Positions 1 through 8,840 of a stretch of DNA of 46,628 nt are shown piece after piece. Position 1 is the stretch's first letter; every line of letters begins with the position of its first letter. The stretch is from a virus (taxonomy: Duplodnaviria; Caudoviricetes), in the IMG/VR virus record IMGVR_UViG_3300038679_000217, positions 1 through 46,628 of that record. One strand, written 5' to 3'. Made by a program: the position numbers and the translations under genes. Below the pieces are notes generated by a model, which worked only from the letters and a program-made list of their open reading frames with translations, ran no database searches and was not told where the DNA came from.

Positions 1-227
1 GCATCACTTAACAGACAACCTTTCATTAAGGAATGAACAGGTAGTGATGCGTGGTAAGGCATATTATCTCCCAATACTCCATCACCGCCAGCAATACGTG
101 TAAGAAGTGGCGAAGTATTATTTTCATTAATAGTCACTCCGTACCAACTTTCTTGGTCAATTTGGTTCAACTGTGTCCCTTGTTGGCCCAAAAGCCCCAA
201 AATATTTGCATTTATTCTTCTCATCAT
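1..227 (-). CDS. Tail fibre / tail-associated protein, N-terminal fragment (runs off left edge)
   Basis: Manual translation MMRRINANILGLLGQQGTQLNQIDQESWYGVTINENNTSPLLTRIAGG..MPYHASLPVHSLMKGCLLSD; the WYGV..TRI..H.SLPV.S.M.GCLL pattern recalls Bacteroidales phage tail proteins; ATG overlaps the stop of the upstream gene. Confidence 0.6.
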   Translation of the reverse strand, partial: MMRRINANILGLLGQQGTQLNQIDQESWYGVTINENNTSPLLTRIAGGDGVLGDNMPYHASLPVHSLMKGCLLSD

Positions 228-493
228 TCCCCCCACTGAAGGTTAGCCGGAGCATTTTCAGCAATCATTTTAATAAACTCGACATTCCAACCCGGGTAAA
301 ATGTCGTTGAGACTGCCTCGGTATCATCCACGCCAACAACTTTAATTGTTACGGCTTCTGTACCAATGTTTTTAACACAAAATCCAAACTCAGGATTAAC
401 CGGATGAACAAAAGGTTTTCCGGTCGGAATATTTTTCGGGGTAGAAGTAATTATAAGGGGAATAATCTGACCCTTTTTAGTTGTGAATTGCAT
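224..493 (-). CDS. Small hypothetical protein, probably virion-associated
   Basis: ORF 224..526; ATG at 493 preferred because it lies just downstream of the late promoter at 512-547. Confidence 0.7.
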   Translation of the reverse strand: MQFTTKKGQIIPLIITSTPKNIPTGKPFVHPVNPEFGFCVKNIGTEAVTIKVVGVDDTEAVSTTFYPGWNVEFIKMIAENAPANLQWGE

Positions 494-511
494 GGCTATT
501 TTGTTTTTTGG

Positions 512-547
512 TAAAATTGCGATCACTCAAAAGTCAATGAAAGGACA
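512..547 (-). promoter_or_regulatory. Putative phage late promoter copy 1
   Basis: Minus strand TGTCCTTT-N20-CAATTTTA (weakest -7 box of the set). Confidence 0.6.
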
Positions 548-1043
548 AAAACTTAATTGTCCACCATATTGAAAAAATTAAAATGATCAATAAAAGGATC
601 CGCCCGGCCCATATCTGAAACCACTGCCAACCGGTTACCCGGTTTACCTCCTGGATCACTGTTTTTATCTTCACCGTTTCGGTCGTCATTGCGCTCTCCT
701 TTATAGCATTTTTAATATGCCTGGCCAGGGTAGTATCTTTTTGCATCAGCTCATGCATAAGCTTGCCATTTTCAACCCATGCCCACGATTCTGCAAAGGA
801 GGTATAGAGTTTCGAAATGTCAGAATGCATAATCCCATTCGCATCAACATACACCAATTTTGTTTCAGTTACCTTTTCCCCCGGCACGTACACGTAAATA
901 ATTGTATCCCGGTAAATGGTCTCTGTTTTGGTAATAACCGAAATTGAATCCTTTCCCGTGCACGGAAATTTGCGATCGCATTTATTTTGCGTCGCGCAGC
1001 TGCTGATCATCAGTACTGCAATTATGTAAATGATATTTTTCAT
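534..1043 (-). CDS. Putative unimolecular spanin (lipoprotein with C-terminal TM helix)
   Basis: MKNIIYIIAVLMISSC lipobox; C-terminal hydrophobic segment ILLLIILIFSIWW; directly follows holin and endolysin. Confidence 0.7.
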   Translation of the reverse strand: MKNIIYIIAVLMISSCATQNKCDRKFPCTGKDSISVITKTETIYRDTIIYVYVPGEKVTETKLVYVDANGIMHSDISKLYTSFAESWAWVENGKLMHELMQKDTTLARHIKNAIKESAMTTETVKIKTVIQEVNRVTGWQWFQIWAGRILLLIILIFSIWWTIKFLSFH

Positions 1044-1432
1044 GTGAACGAAAAGTATTTGAGCGGATCTACCCACTCGTTGTTAATTTTTACCGTGAAA
1101 TGCAGATGTGCACCCGTGCCAAGCCCTGTATTTCCGCTTTCTGCAATAATCTGCCCGGCCTTTACCTTTGTTCCCTTTGTCACCAGGCGCCGGCTAAGGT
1201 GCGCAAAACCATAGCGAAAGCCATTGCCCGATATCATAGCCAGTGATTTACCCCCGGTTTTATGGTCCCAGTATTCGGATATGATACCATCATCAGGAGC
1301 GGCTATTTTGGTGCCTATCTGAACGGAGATATCAACCCCGTTATGAAACGATTTCACGCCGCTAACCGGATGAATGCGGGTGCCAAACTTGCTGCTGATG
1401 CGACCGGTTAACGGATTAATCAGGTTGCTCAT
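1040..1432 (-). CDS. M23 family peptidase (endolysin)
   Basis: HNGVD, AHL and HLHF zinc-binding motifs; ISSKFG.R.HP. Confidence 0.9.
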   Translation of the reverse strand: MSNLINPLTGRISSKFGTRIHPVSGVKSFHNGVDISVQIGTKIAAPDDGIISEYWDHKTGGKSLAMISGNGFRYGFAHLSRRLVTKGTKVKAGQIIAESGNTGLGTGAHLHFTVKINNEWVDPLKYFSFT

Positions 1433-1886
1433 TTTGTTCAGTATTTGCATTAGACTTTATTGGAATCGATGATACGATATCATCTACTTTACCTTTTATT
1501 ACCTGCCATAAAGTTTTAAAGAGATCACCGCCAAGTATCCGGCTTATATTCTCATATATGCTCTTCAACTCAGTTGCTCCGATAATTAAGGCGCAAATTC
1601 TCACCAATCCTACCCCATCGGCTGCAATCATCTGAACCAGGTAAGTTGCAATAATTGCTATTGAGTAAAGAATCAGCTTGTAAATTGTTTTTGCCATCCG
1701 GCTCGCAGTAATTTTCTCGCCGGCTTTCCACGATGCCATTATCCCGGTTATCAAATCAAGAATAATAAGGGCCGACACTAGATGAATGAAGTCCTTAACA
1801 GGTGATAAATACATCAGTATCGAAATAAAAAGTAGTTTCAGAAAACTCCATAAATCATCGATAATGGCTAAAAGACGGTGCGACAT
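1416..1886 (-). CDS. Phage holin
   Basis: Several TM segments, DLITG..AS and ELKSIYEN motifs; adjacent to endolysin. Confidence 0.85.
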   Translation of the reverse strand: MSHRLLAIIDDLWSFLKLLFISILMYLSPVKDFIHLVSALIILDLITGIMASWKAGEKITASRMAKTIYKLILYSIAIIATYLVQMIAADGVGLVRICALIIGATELKSIYENISRILGGDLFKTLWQVIKGKVDDIVSSIPIKSNANTEQNEQPD

Positions 1887-1891
1887 AGTCT

Positions 1892-2374
1892 CTATTGATT
1901 AGAAGTGAAAAAATCATCGGATATAACTTTAAAACTCAGGCTATATCCTTCACATCCGATGAAGTTTTCTTCCGGATCCGAATGCATTGAATTTAGGTCA
2001 GGCCTGATATTGCAAGGAATTGTTCCATCACCCATATCCGTCCGCATAAATTCCTTTATTCTCCTCAAAATTTGTTGCTGATTTGCAACAGAGGTCAACC
2101 GGTTAGCCTGAGTTATGGCTTTCCGGTCGGTTTTCTCAAGTAGATAGATTAACCATGGCTCCACCTCCTTAACATTGTCAATATTCTCAGCCCTGGTATC
2201 AGTACTCGGGATAACCACCGCCAAAAAAAACTCACCTGCAGGGATTTCTTTAATATCCAGCACCAGCTCGCTCTCCGATCGCACCAGCAAAAGCTTATTC
2301 ACCTTAAAGCCTGCGATTATCAATCTGTCGATAATAGCCGTGTAATACTCATGTATAAAGTGGATATCCGTCAT
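1892..2374 (-). CDS. Hypothetical structural protein (possible tail terminator/completion protein)
   Basis: Position in portal-neck operon; C-terminal GYSLSF beta strand; function by position only. Confidence 0.55.
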   Translation of the reverse strand: MTDIHFIHEYYTAIIDRLIIAGFKVNKLLLVRSESELVLDIKEIPAGEFFLAVVIPSTDTRAENIDNVKEVEPWLIYLLEKTDRKAITQANRLTSVANQQQILRRIKEFMRTDMGDGTIPCNIRPDLNSMHSDPEENFIGCEGYSLSFKVISDDFFTSNQ

Positions 2375-3276
2375 TTTTCCTTCGATTTAGCCTTAATTTC
2401 ATCCATTTGCAGCTTCACCTGGTACAGCCTGGCCAGTACATCGTAAAGGTTTGAATCGCCGGTTTCGCGGATGCCGCCAAAAACACCGGTTTCGGCCAGC
2501 GAATAAAGTATGCCGGTCAGCCCGATGCCGGCTGATCCGCCTTCATCACCCTTGTAAAGAATTGCCAGATCAATCTCAATCCCGTCAATTACCGGCTTGC
2601 CGGTCCTTAAAAACTCCATGCAGGCCGTAAACCAAAGCCATATTCCATACTTGATGTGTGCCGGCCATTTCTCAACCTTCCGTATCCTGTTTTGCAGCTT
2701 CCGCGGATTTGTGATCACGGTGTAAGTCTCCCGGGGATCTCCGTTGAAATTCCTCATCCGTTTCCGTATCCGGAGAAACGATTTCTGAGGCCGGTAAAGG
2801 ATAGCAATCAATTCATTCAAATGAGCAATGTCCTGAGATTGCTGGTATTGATACCATTGCGCGTAAGCTTCTTTATACTCAAAAAAAGTGCAATTCTGCA
2901 ACGCATCCTCAGGCCCGATCATGCCACGGAACGAAGGGATTTTATTATCAACAAAAGCGATAGAAGGCAACAATACCTTCTCACCCGTTTCAGTCTGCCT
3001 TTCCTCAAAAATCGTTTTGGCCAATGGGATCAGTTGGTTCAGATTTTCATGTACAAACATCTTATTCCGCTTGCTCATAATAGTATACCTCCATCCCAAT
3101 TCTATTTCCGCCAGGGCAATCACCAATCGAAGCTCAGCCTCAGCGTTGCTTATTTTGCCATGCTCAAGCTGATTAAGCACATAACAAAGCGCGATATATT
3201 GCGCACTGTTCAGCTCATGCATCTCCGATGGCATCAGGTAAGTTTCGTTTTTGGCCGGTATTTCTATCGTGTGCAT
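2371..3276 (-). CDS. Hypothetical phage protein (neck/tail assembly region)
   Basis: Long ORF coupled (TAATG / ATGA overlaps) to both neighbours. Confidence 0.7.
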   Translation of the reverse strand: MHTIEIPAKNETYLMPSEMHELNSAQYIALCYVLNQLEHGKISNAEAELRLVIALAEIELGWRYTIMSKRNKMFVHENLNQLIPLAKTIFEERQTETGEKVLLPSIAFVDNKIPSFRGMIGPEDALQNCTFFEYKEAYAQWYQYQQSQDIAHLNELIAILYRPQKSFLRIRKRMRNFNGDPRETYTVITNPRKLQNRIRKVEKWPAHIKYGIWLWFTACMEFLRTGKPVIDGIEIDLAILYKGDEGGSAGIGLTGILYSLAETGVFGGIRETGDSNLYDVLARLYQVKLQMDEIKAKSKEK

Positions 3277-4268
3277 TACCAAATAAAATAAGGTTTCGTG
3301 GTATCAACACTTTCCGGAATCACCTCTTCCGTTACCGGGGTAATCAGTTTAATATATCGCTGAAGCTTCAGCAGCTCGAGGCTTGCCTCCGCCTGCAGAA
3401 CATGAGCGGCACCCAGCCGCGAATCAGTATCGATATCAGATTTACGGTCCTCAATAAATCGTTTTCCAAAAACATCCGGAAGCAATTCAGCCGGCATTAG
3501 CTTCAAAGCCTTGGCCATGGCACCCATTACAATCACTGGCGATGCCAGGCGAATGATTTCCTGTTGCTCGTCGGCCAGTTCACCATCCCTTATCGCTTCA
3601 ATCAAAGCATCGTATCGAAGCCTGGTAATAGCCGGCCTGATCAGGTCGCTTTCAACCTTACGCATAAAAGCCGAAAGCAGCATAAATAGCCTTCGGCTTC
3701 CATTTATCGGCATCACCTCTTCAAAAGCGGCAACCGAATTAACGATCGTTGATTTTATAGCCTTGAAAGCAGCCGAATTATTCCATGCATTGCCAATTGC
3801 ATTAATGGTTTCACCTTCCGGAACCACTAACTGCTCTGCCAAAAAATCAAGCAACAATTCAACTGCATCGTTGGCCAGGCTCAAAAGATTCGCATTATCC
3901 TTATCCAGCATCCATTCGAAAGCCGGTTTTTCAGTCTCAGTTACCGTAATCAGCCTGCCTGCATCACTATGAGAAAGGTCATTTCCTGGCGCAAACCTGC
4001 GGTAAGCATGTAGCGCGATCGGCAATTGCACCCGGGCAACCAGTTCATTCAGCAAAACAAACTCACTATCATCCCCATCAGTCCCAAAATTCTCGCTTTG
4101 GTAGTGATCCTCGGCCAGTTTGTAAATCTCGGGTCCGATCACGTTCACCACGTCTTTTTTTGCCAAAAAGATGTAAGTAACCAGGTTTGCGAAAGTATTG
4201 GATGCGTAAATAAACCCGATCAGGGCTTTAAACTCCTCCGCACCATTATCGCTTTTGTTAAAAATCAT
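3276..4268 (-). CDS. Putative head-tail connector (DUF6712-like)
   Basis: 330 aa ORF directly after portal; MIFNK..NG.EE start and TETEKPA.EW resemble Bacteroidota prophage DUF6712 proteins. Confidence 0.6.
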   Translation of the reverse strand: MIFNKSDNGAEEFKALIGFIYASNTFANLVTYIFLAKKDVVNVIGPEIYKLAEDHYQSENFGTDGDDSEFVLLNELVARVQLPIALHAYRRFAPGNDLSHSDAGRLITVTETEKPAFEWMLDKDNANLLSLANDAVELLLDFLAEQLVVPEGETINAIGNAWNNSAAFKAIKSTIVNSVAAFEEVMPINGSRRLFMLLSAFMRKVESDLIRPAITRLRYDALIEAIRDGELADEQQEIIRLASPVIVMGAMAKALKLMPAELLPDVFGKRFIEDRKSDIDTDSRLGAAHVLQAEASLELLKLQRYIKLITPVTEEVIPESVDTTKPYFIW

Positions 4269-5803
4269 ATCAGGTTCTTTTGAGTTACAGCGGTTTCACA
4301 TTTGGGGCAGGCTACATATCCCATCCCCGATTCACTTATCGAATTGTAATCAAAAACAAGTCCGCACCCGTCACACTTTACGTTGGCTGTGGCCTGTGTC
4401 GATGAACCGGATCCGGTATTCGTTCCGCTTCCGTTATTTTTAATCCGGTCCTTTGGGCTGGTATTTTCCTCGGTCAGAACTACATCGTGGTAAAAACCGA
4501 TCCTGTATTCCGTTCCCGGGAAGTTTGCCTGTATGGCATTGTTGATATCGCGGCAAACTATCGATTCCGGGATATCAACACCGGTCAGAAGAAACAATTT
4601 GAATGCATACAGCTGCTCGGATCCGGAAGGAAGGTTACCTTCATAACTAATATTCGAAAGTGCAGGATGCAACCCAAGCCCGGCAGTCATCTCAAGGGCA
4701 GCCCGTTTCGAAATATTTAGCTGGGCATCAATAAAATCCTTTATTTTCTGGTCCAGCACATCCACTTTCCAGCCAACGTACTCGTTTGCCTCGTCGTCAA
4801 AAAAGTCGTCAGTGGTAATAAACTTGCCAACATTAGAAACGCTGGTAAGAGTAGCCGCGAAAGCAGCAAACTTTTCATCCTTTGCCTTCTGCAGCATCTT
4901 ATCATCATAGGCAATCGCTTTCTTTTCGCAATCTTCAATCAATTCATCCTGTAGCTTGGTCCAGTAAGCCCTGGGAACCCTGATGTGATACTTGATAGCC
5001 GCCGAATTCGCATTAAAGCTCGTCAGCAGCTTGGCCAGGCTACTCCCCAGCTTTATCCAGTTCATCGAACCATAAAAACTCGAGCGGGAGTAATCCCTGG
5101 GCAGAGCAAACGAATACATATTGGAGTAAGCCATACTCACCGGCAGGCTAAACGGATCGAACCGGTTATACATCGGGTACCGGCTCAGCCCGTACTTCCA
5201 CGGCTGATCATAATCGCCGGTAATAACAGCTTTAATATCACCATCCGTATCAGGCCATTCCAGCCGCGAATTGATGCAACTCACATGCTCCAGGTACTCA
5301 ATTCTTCCCGGTCCGCCAATTCTGGGCGCACGGTTCCTGAAGTACCGGGTATAATGCCCGTTCATGTGGCGGAATTCAATAACAGCCTTCAGAAGATAAT
5401 CTTCAAAGTCCCAGGCCCGCAACCATGATTCAATCTCAGGTTTACTTTCAAAATATTTTTTCCTGATTCCTTTGTCGAAAACAATCCTGTACAATGCCGG
5501 CCCCTGCCCCCATAGTAACTGAGCCTGTTTGTTCAGGATCTCAGGTGTCAGGTTGTTTTCATCAAGCATCAACCGGATCTCATCCGGAAGCTTGTTTTGC
5601 TCACCATGTGGCACAATCTGAAAGTCACCGATCCGGTAAGGCATCAGGTTCCTGGTATTGGTATAGAATGGCAATACCCCCGGCTGAGCAACCTTGAAAG
5701 AGCCGCCAACGGTTTCAAAAACGTAAACTCCTACATCATTCCGGAGAATACTCAAATTGCCATGTTCTGCAACATTTTCCTTTATATAGCCAATTTCGCT
5801 CAT
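4265..5803 (-). CDS. Portal protein with C-terminal zinc-ribbon extension
   Basis: PHGEQNKLP, LWGQGP, KYHIRVP..YW, GLHPAL, SGSEQLYA motifs typical of Bacteroidota phage portals; ATG 5803 overlaps upstream stop. Confidence 0.8.
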   Translation of the reverse strand: MSEIGYIKENVAEHGNLSILRNDVGVYVFETVGGSFKVAQPGVLPFYTNTRNLMPYRIGDFQIVPHGEQNKLPDEIRLMLDENNLTPEILNKQAQLLWGQGPALYRIVFDKGIRKKYFESKPEIESWLRAWDFEDYLLKAVIEFRHMNGHYTRYFRNRAPRIGGPGRIEYLEHVSCINSRLEWPDTDGDIKAVITGDYDQPWKYGLSRYPMYNRFDPFSLPVSMAYSNMYSFALPRDYSRSSFYGSMNWIKLGSSLAKLLTSFNANSAAIKYHIRVPRAYWTKLQDELIEDCEKKAIAYDDKMLQKAKDEKFAAFAATLTSVSNVGKFITTDDFFDDEANEYVGWKVDVLDQKIKDFIDAQLNISKRAALEMTAGLGLHPALSNISYEGNLPSGSEQLYAFKLFLLTGVDIPESIVCRDINNAIQANFPGTEYRIGFYHDVVLTEENTSPKDRIKNNGSGTNTGSGSSTQATANVKCDGCGLVFDYNSISESGMGYVACPKCETAVTQKNLI

Positions 5804-6090
5804 AACGTTACTTTGAATCCGTTGAACCACATAATAAGCGGCTGCCAGCAAACCTTAGGTTTCTGTTCCGACTCATCATAATAAAATAGTTTCTGATCGG
5901 CATGCACAATGTCATCACCTTTTGCCGCTGGCCGCAACCTTGCCCGTTTCACTGCCACCATTCCGTGGCACTGTCGGGTACCTCTGTTGTAGGTTGCGTA
6001 AGAAAACGAAAAGCACTCATCCTTAGCGGTAGCTTCCCGCATCAGGTGAATAGCCTGCCATAAGTGAATAGAGGCAATTTTCTCGTTCAT
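5800..6090 (-). CDS. Hypothetical phage protein, first gene of portal operon
   Basis: 96 aa ORF with ATG 4 nt after the -7 box of the late promoter. Confidence 0.75.
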   Translation of the reverse strand: MNEKIASIHLWQAIHLMREATAKDECFSFSYATYNRGTRQCHGMVAVKRARLRPAAKGDDIVHADQKLFYYDESEQKPKVCWQPLIMWFNGFKVTL

Positions 6091-6094
6091 AGAG

Positions 6095-6130
6095 CAAACT
6101 TATCCGCATTCACAGGCGGGCGAAAGGACA
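6095..6130 (-). promoter_or_regulatory. Putative phage late promoter copy 2
   Basis: TGTCCTTT-N20-TAAGTTTG-CTCT-ATG. Confidence 0.75.
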
Positions 6131-6159
6131 AAAAAAACGCCCCCGTTCCCGGGAGCGTT
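6130..6159 (-). terminator. Rho-independent terminator
   Basis: AACGCTCCCG-GGAA-CGGGGGCGTT followed by T run. Confidence 0.75.
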
Positions 6160-6182
6160 GCGAATCTTGCAATCGTTGGTAC

Positions 6183-6623
6183 CTAAAGCCCGTCGCGGGG
6201 CATACGGTATGAGTATTGCCTGTCTCTCAGGCTTGCTTCAGTTCGAGTTAAATTGTTGCCTAAATCCGCTAAGTGGGATTGCATCAGGCTCAGATCATAA
6301 TTGTTTAAGGTTGCCTGCCTGGTAATGTAATTTACAGAGGGCGGTTTTATAAGTTCAGCCACGTAGGCCGCGTGGGCCTGCTGAACATCAAAACTCACCG
6401 GGTGCACAGTGGCGCAAACAGGAATATCCCATGCAACAAATTCTACAAGAAGAATGGCGTTGCCATCATCCTGAGAAATTTGGTTGTAAGAAGGGCAGGC
6501 AGGCGATGCCTCAACCTTCGTGGTGGAATATCCCTCACTCGCACCAACACCGATCGCAATTCCGAGGAACAGGATCAATAAGCTCATTGAGCGTCTCATG
6601 TCGGATGTGTTAGGGTTAAACAT
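6183..6623 (-). CDS. Hypothetical exported/membrane protein
   Basis: Hydrophobic N-terminal segment (LLILFLGIAIGVGA); has its own late promoter and terminator. Confidence 0.65.
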   Translation of the reverse strand: MFNPNTSDMRRSMSLLILFLGIAIGVGASEGYSTTKVEASPACPSYNQISQDDGNAILLVEFVAWDIPVCATVHPVSFDVQQAHAAYVAELIKPPSVNYITRQATLNNYDLSLMQSHLADLGNNLTRTEASLRDRQYSYRMPRDGL

Positions 6624-6627
6624 GATC

Positions 6628-6663
6628 CGAAAGTAAAAGGAAGCGTAATTTCACCAAAGGACA
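6628..6663 (-). promoter_or_regulatory. Putative phage late promoter copy 3
   Basis: TGTCCTTT-N20-TACTTTCG-GATC-ATG. Confidence 0.7.
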
Positions 6664-6667
6664 AAAT

Positions 6668-6892
6668 CTAAACATGCCTGGCGCTCACATACCATTTTGT
6701 GGCATCATGTAAAGCATATCTGACTTCATCTTCCGTTGCGTTGTAGATCTTCTCAATCTCAAGGCTAAAGGTTTTATCCGGGGAATCAATAACTTTCATT
6801 AACAACTCACCTCTCCTGGTACTCAGGATAAACAGATGCTTCTCTTCAATTAACGGATTCTGGCAAAGTAGAAATCTGGGAGTTTTTCTCAT
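6668..6892 (-). CDS. Hypothetical protein
   Basis: MRKTPRFLLCQNP...; ATG 6892 preceded by a TATTTTTG -7-like box (6911-6918). Confidence 0.65.
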   Translation of the reverse strand: MRKTPRFLLCQNPLIEEKHLFILSTRRGELLMKVIDSPDKTFSLEIEKIYNATEDEVRYALHDATKWYVSARHV

Positions 6893-6941
6893 ACTCAAAT
6901 TACTAATTATCAAAAATAGCAAAAATCAAATAAATTCGTGA

Positions 6942-7056
6942 AGGGCAAATTTTCCATCTGAATAATTACCAAGTCAAAATTTGCCCTGAACACCTTTTTG
7001 GGGGGAGCGGCTGCCCGAGGTACGAGGGCAGCCGCGGGGGGGGGCGACCCCTCGCG
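6942..7056. repeat. Inverted repeats and G-tracts (left border of accessory cassette)
   Basis: 12-bp IR AGGGCAAATTTT/AAAATTTGCCCT (6942-6987); 10-bp stem GCGGCTGCCC-gaggtacga-GGGCAGCCGC (7007-7035) flanked by G6 and G9 runs. Confidence 0.85.
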
Positions 7057-7077
7057 ACTACAAACGTTTAAAAACGG

Positions 7078-7284
7078 CTACATCCGGCTGTTTACCTTGC
7101 TCATTTCTTCATCAATTAGGGTTGAAATAAAATCAAGGTATTCAGGCTCTCCGCACTTTTTGCAGTATGCATGTTTACCGATCGGCCAATAATAGAAATT
7201 TTCCCCCTTCTTTATTGGCTCTCCGCACTTTTCGCATTTACTGTTAAATCTGGCGGTCATTGGTTTAGGGTCTAGGCTGCTCAT
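7078..7284 (-). CDS. Small zinc-finger protein
   Basis: ARFNSKCEKCGEPIKKGE...YCKKC, two CxxC pairs. Confidence 0.75.
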   Translation of the reverse strand: MSSLDPKPMTARFNSKCEKCGEPIKKGENFYYWPIGKHAYCKKCGEPEYLDFISTLIDEEMSKVNSRM

Positions 7285-7532
7285 ACGGTTACATCATTTA
7301 GGGCGTTAAAAATTTGAATGGCTTTTGCTTCGGTGTCGGTTTCCGGTTCTAGTTTCAGAACAATCTTACCATCTTCAACAAAAAGGTAAACAGTTGAACC
7401 CTTTGTAAATCCGGCTTCATGCAACCAATTACCCTGTAAGTGTAAAATAGGATAGAGTGTTAATTGGTGGTATCTTCTTACCCTTACACCTTCGCCAATT
7501 GTGAGGCGTCTCATGGTTATATTTCGTCTCAT
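7281..7532 (-). CDS. symE: SymE-family (AbrB-fold) toxin-like protein
   Basis: P.LHLQGNWLHEAGF.KG..V...VEDGKIVL matches the SymE signature. Confidence 0.75.
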   Translation of the reverse strand: MRRNITMRRLTIGEGVRVRRYHQLTLYPILHLQGNWLHEAGFTKGSTVYLFVEDGKIVLKLEPETDTEAKAIQIFNALNDVTV

Positions 7533-7870
7533 GCTGCCCTCCTTTCTACCTGTAAATTAGAAAAGAGATAACAGAGTGGGTAAAAATCATCCTTTTTATC
7601 CTCCTCCTGTTCCGGCGCTGGTTCGGTTTTCTTCAGTTCTCTGGGGCTTCCCCATACTACAAAAGCTTTACTTCCCCGCATAACCTTACACCCTTTCTGA
7701 TTCCATTCCCAAAGGGTGTTAAATTCTTCGTGTCCATCCTTACGGTAAAATAGATCAATTACAGCCTCATTCACTGTGCCGTATTGCTCAGCCTTAACCA
7801 GTGGCTTAACTTGTTGGCTCAAAGCTTTGAGGGCTTCCCGTTTTTCCTTGTGTTCGCTTGTCTGTTCCAT
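7529..7870 (-). CDS. ArdC-like ssDNA-binding domain protein (N-terminal domain only)
   Basis: FNTLWEWNQKGCKVMRGSKA..VW..P and FYPLCYLFS.LQV match the ArdC N-terminal domain pattern; no metalloprotease HExxH half. Confidence 0.75.
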   Translation of the reverse strand: MEQTSEHKEKREALKALSQQVKPLVKAEQYGTVNEAVIDLFYRKDGHEEFNTLWEWNQKGCKVMRGSKAFVVWGSPRELKKTEPAPEQEEDKKDDFYPLCYLFSNLQVERRAA

Positions 7871-7921
7871 GTCTTTAGAAGTAAGGCCGGCAAATCAAAG
7901 GACCTGCCGGCCGGTTGAACA

Positions 7922-8344
7922 TCAGGCGGTTAACAATGCGGTTTCAATGTCAGCAATCCTGCGTTTCAGGTTTCCAATGCACAGATCAATCAAAGCATCA
8001 ACGGCGCCCGGGTCATTGCTGGAAAAATCGTTTCCTCCGTCTCCGTTGGTTAGCTTTAAAGTTGTGTTGTTGTTAATCCTGCTTTTGAAGTCGTGCAACT
8101 TGTTAAGTTGCTGCAGTTGGTTGCCGTGCTGTTCGCTCAGGTAAAACTGTTCGTTTACTTTTCGGATCACATCATAAACACTTGGTTTTTCCTGCTTTGC
8201 TTCCGGTTCGGGTTCCGGCTCCGGTTTCAATACCTGCATTACAGGTTCCTGGGTTGGTGCTGCCTGGTCATTTGCCTGGCTGTTTTCGGTTTGGCTTTTA
8301 GCCTGGACTGCCTCAGGGGCTGCCCTTCTTACTGGTTTATTCAT
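7922..8344 (-). CDS. Hypothetical protein with low-complexity P/E/Q-rich N-terminus
   Basis: 140 aa ORF, first gene after the host-type promoter. Confidence 0.7.
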   Translation of the reverse strand: MNKPVRRAAPEAVQAKSQTENSQANDQAAPTQEPVMQVLKPEPEPEPEAKQEKPSVYDVIRKVNEQFYLSEQHGNQLQQLNKLHDFKSRINNNTTLKLTNGDGGNDFSSNDPGAVDALIDLCIGNLKRRIADIETALLTA

Positions 8345-8398
8345 AAAATTACCCCCACTTATACCCCGCCGGGACTGCGGTTCTTGTTAAATAATGAT

Positions 8399-8430
8399 CT
8401 AATATACAACCTTTTACGCAATTTACCAAA
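8399..8430 (-). promoter_or_regulatory. Host sigma-A-type (Bacteroidota) promoter for accessory cassette
   Basis: TTTG-N20-TATATTAG, close to the -33 TTTG / -7 TAnnTTTG consensus. Confidence 0.6.
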
Positions 8431-8529
8431 CATTTTAACCATTATTTTACCCTAATTTTAAATTTTTTTTGGCTGTTTTTCATTATGGTAAATTGTCCTG
8501 AATTGGTATATTGTTCCAAATTTCAGCCT

Positions 8530-8840
8530 GTTAACAATCTCCGGACTTTGCAAAAGTCCGGATGATTGTTGATGATGAACGACCCGCTCAGACCTGTGAA
8601 CGCATCTGCACCCCATCGCAAAACCGGATATATGACATGGCGGCCTGTGGAGCGTATTGTCCTGCGCCACGGAGCGCCGTGCCCGCCATGCCACATGTAC
8701 GTGGAGCGGAGCGGAACACCGATTGCCACATCTCAGGATGAGATTAAGAGTGCCGTGAACGAAGTGAACACAATATAATAACCCGTAATAATAAATAAGC
8801 CTCCAGGGGGGAGGCTTATTCGTCAACGCGAATTGACAAT
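8530..8840. repeat. Cluster of non-coding hairpins
   Basis: AACAATC-TCCGGACTTT..AAAGTCCGGA-T-GATTGTT; CATGGCGG..CCGCCATG; AATAAGCCTCC-agggg-GGAGGCTTATT; GTCAA-cgcgaa-TTGAC. Confidence 0.8.

Noticed and set aside
7039-7056. Resemblance of GGGGGGCGACCCCTCGCG to lambda cosN (GGGCGGCGACCTCGCG)
   Set aside because: Short, imperfect, GC-rich match in an unrelated phage; not evidence of homology
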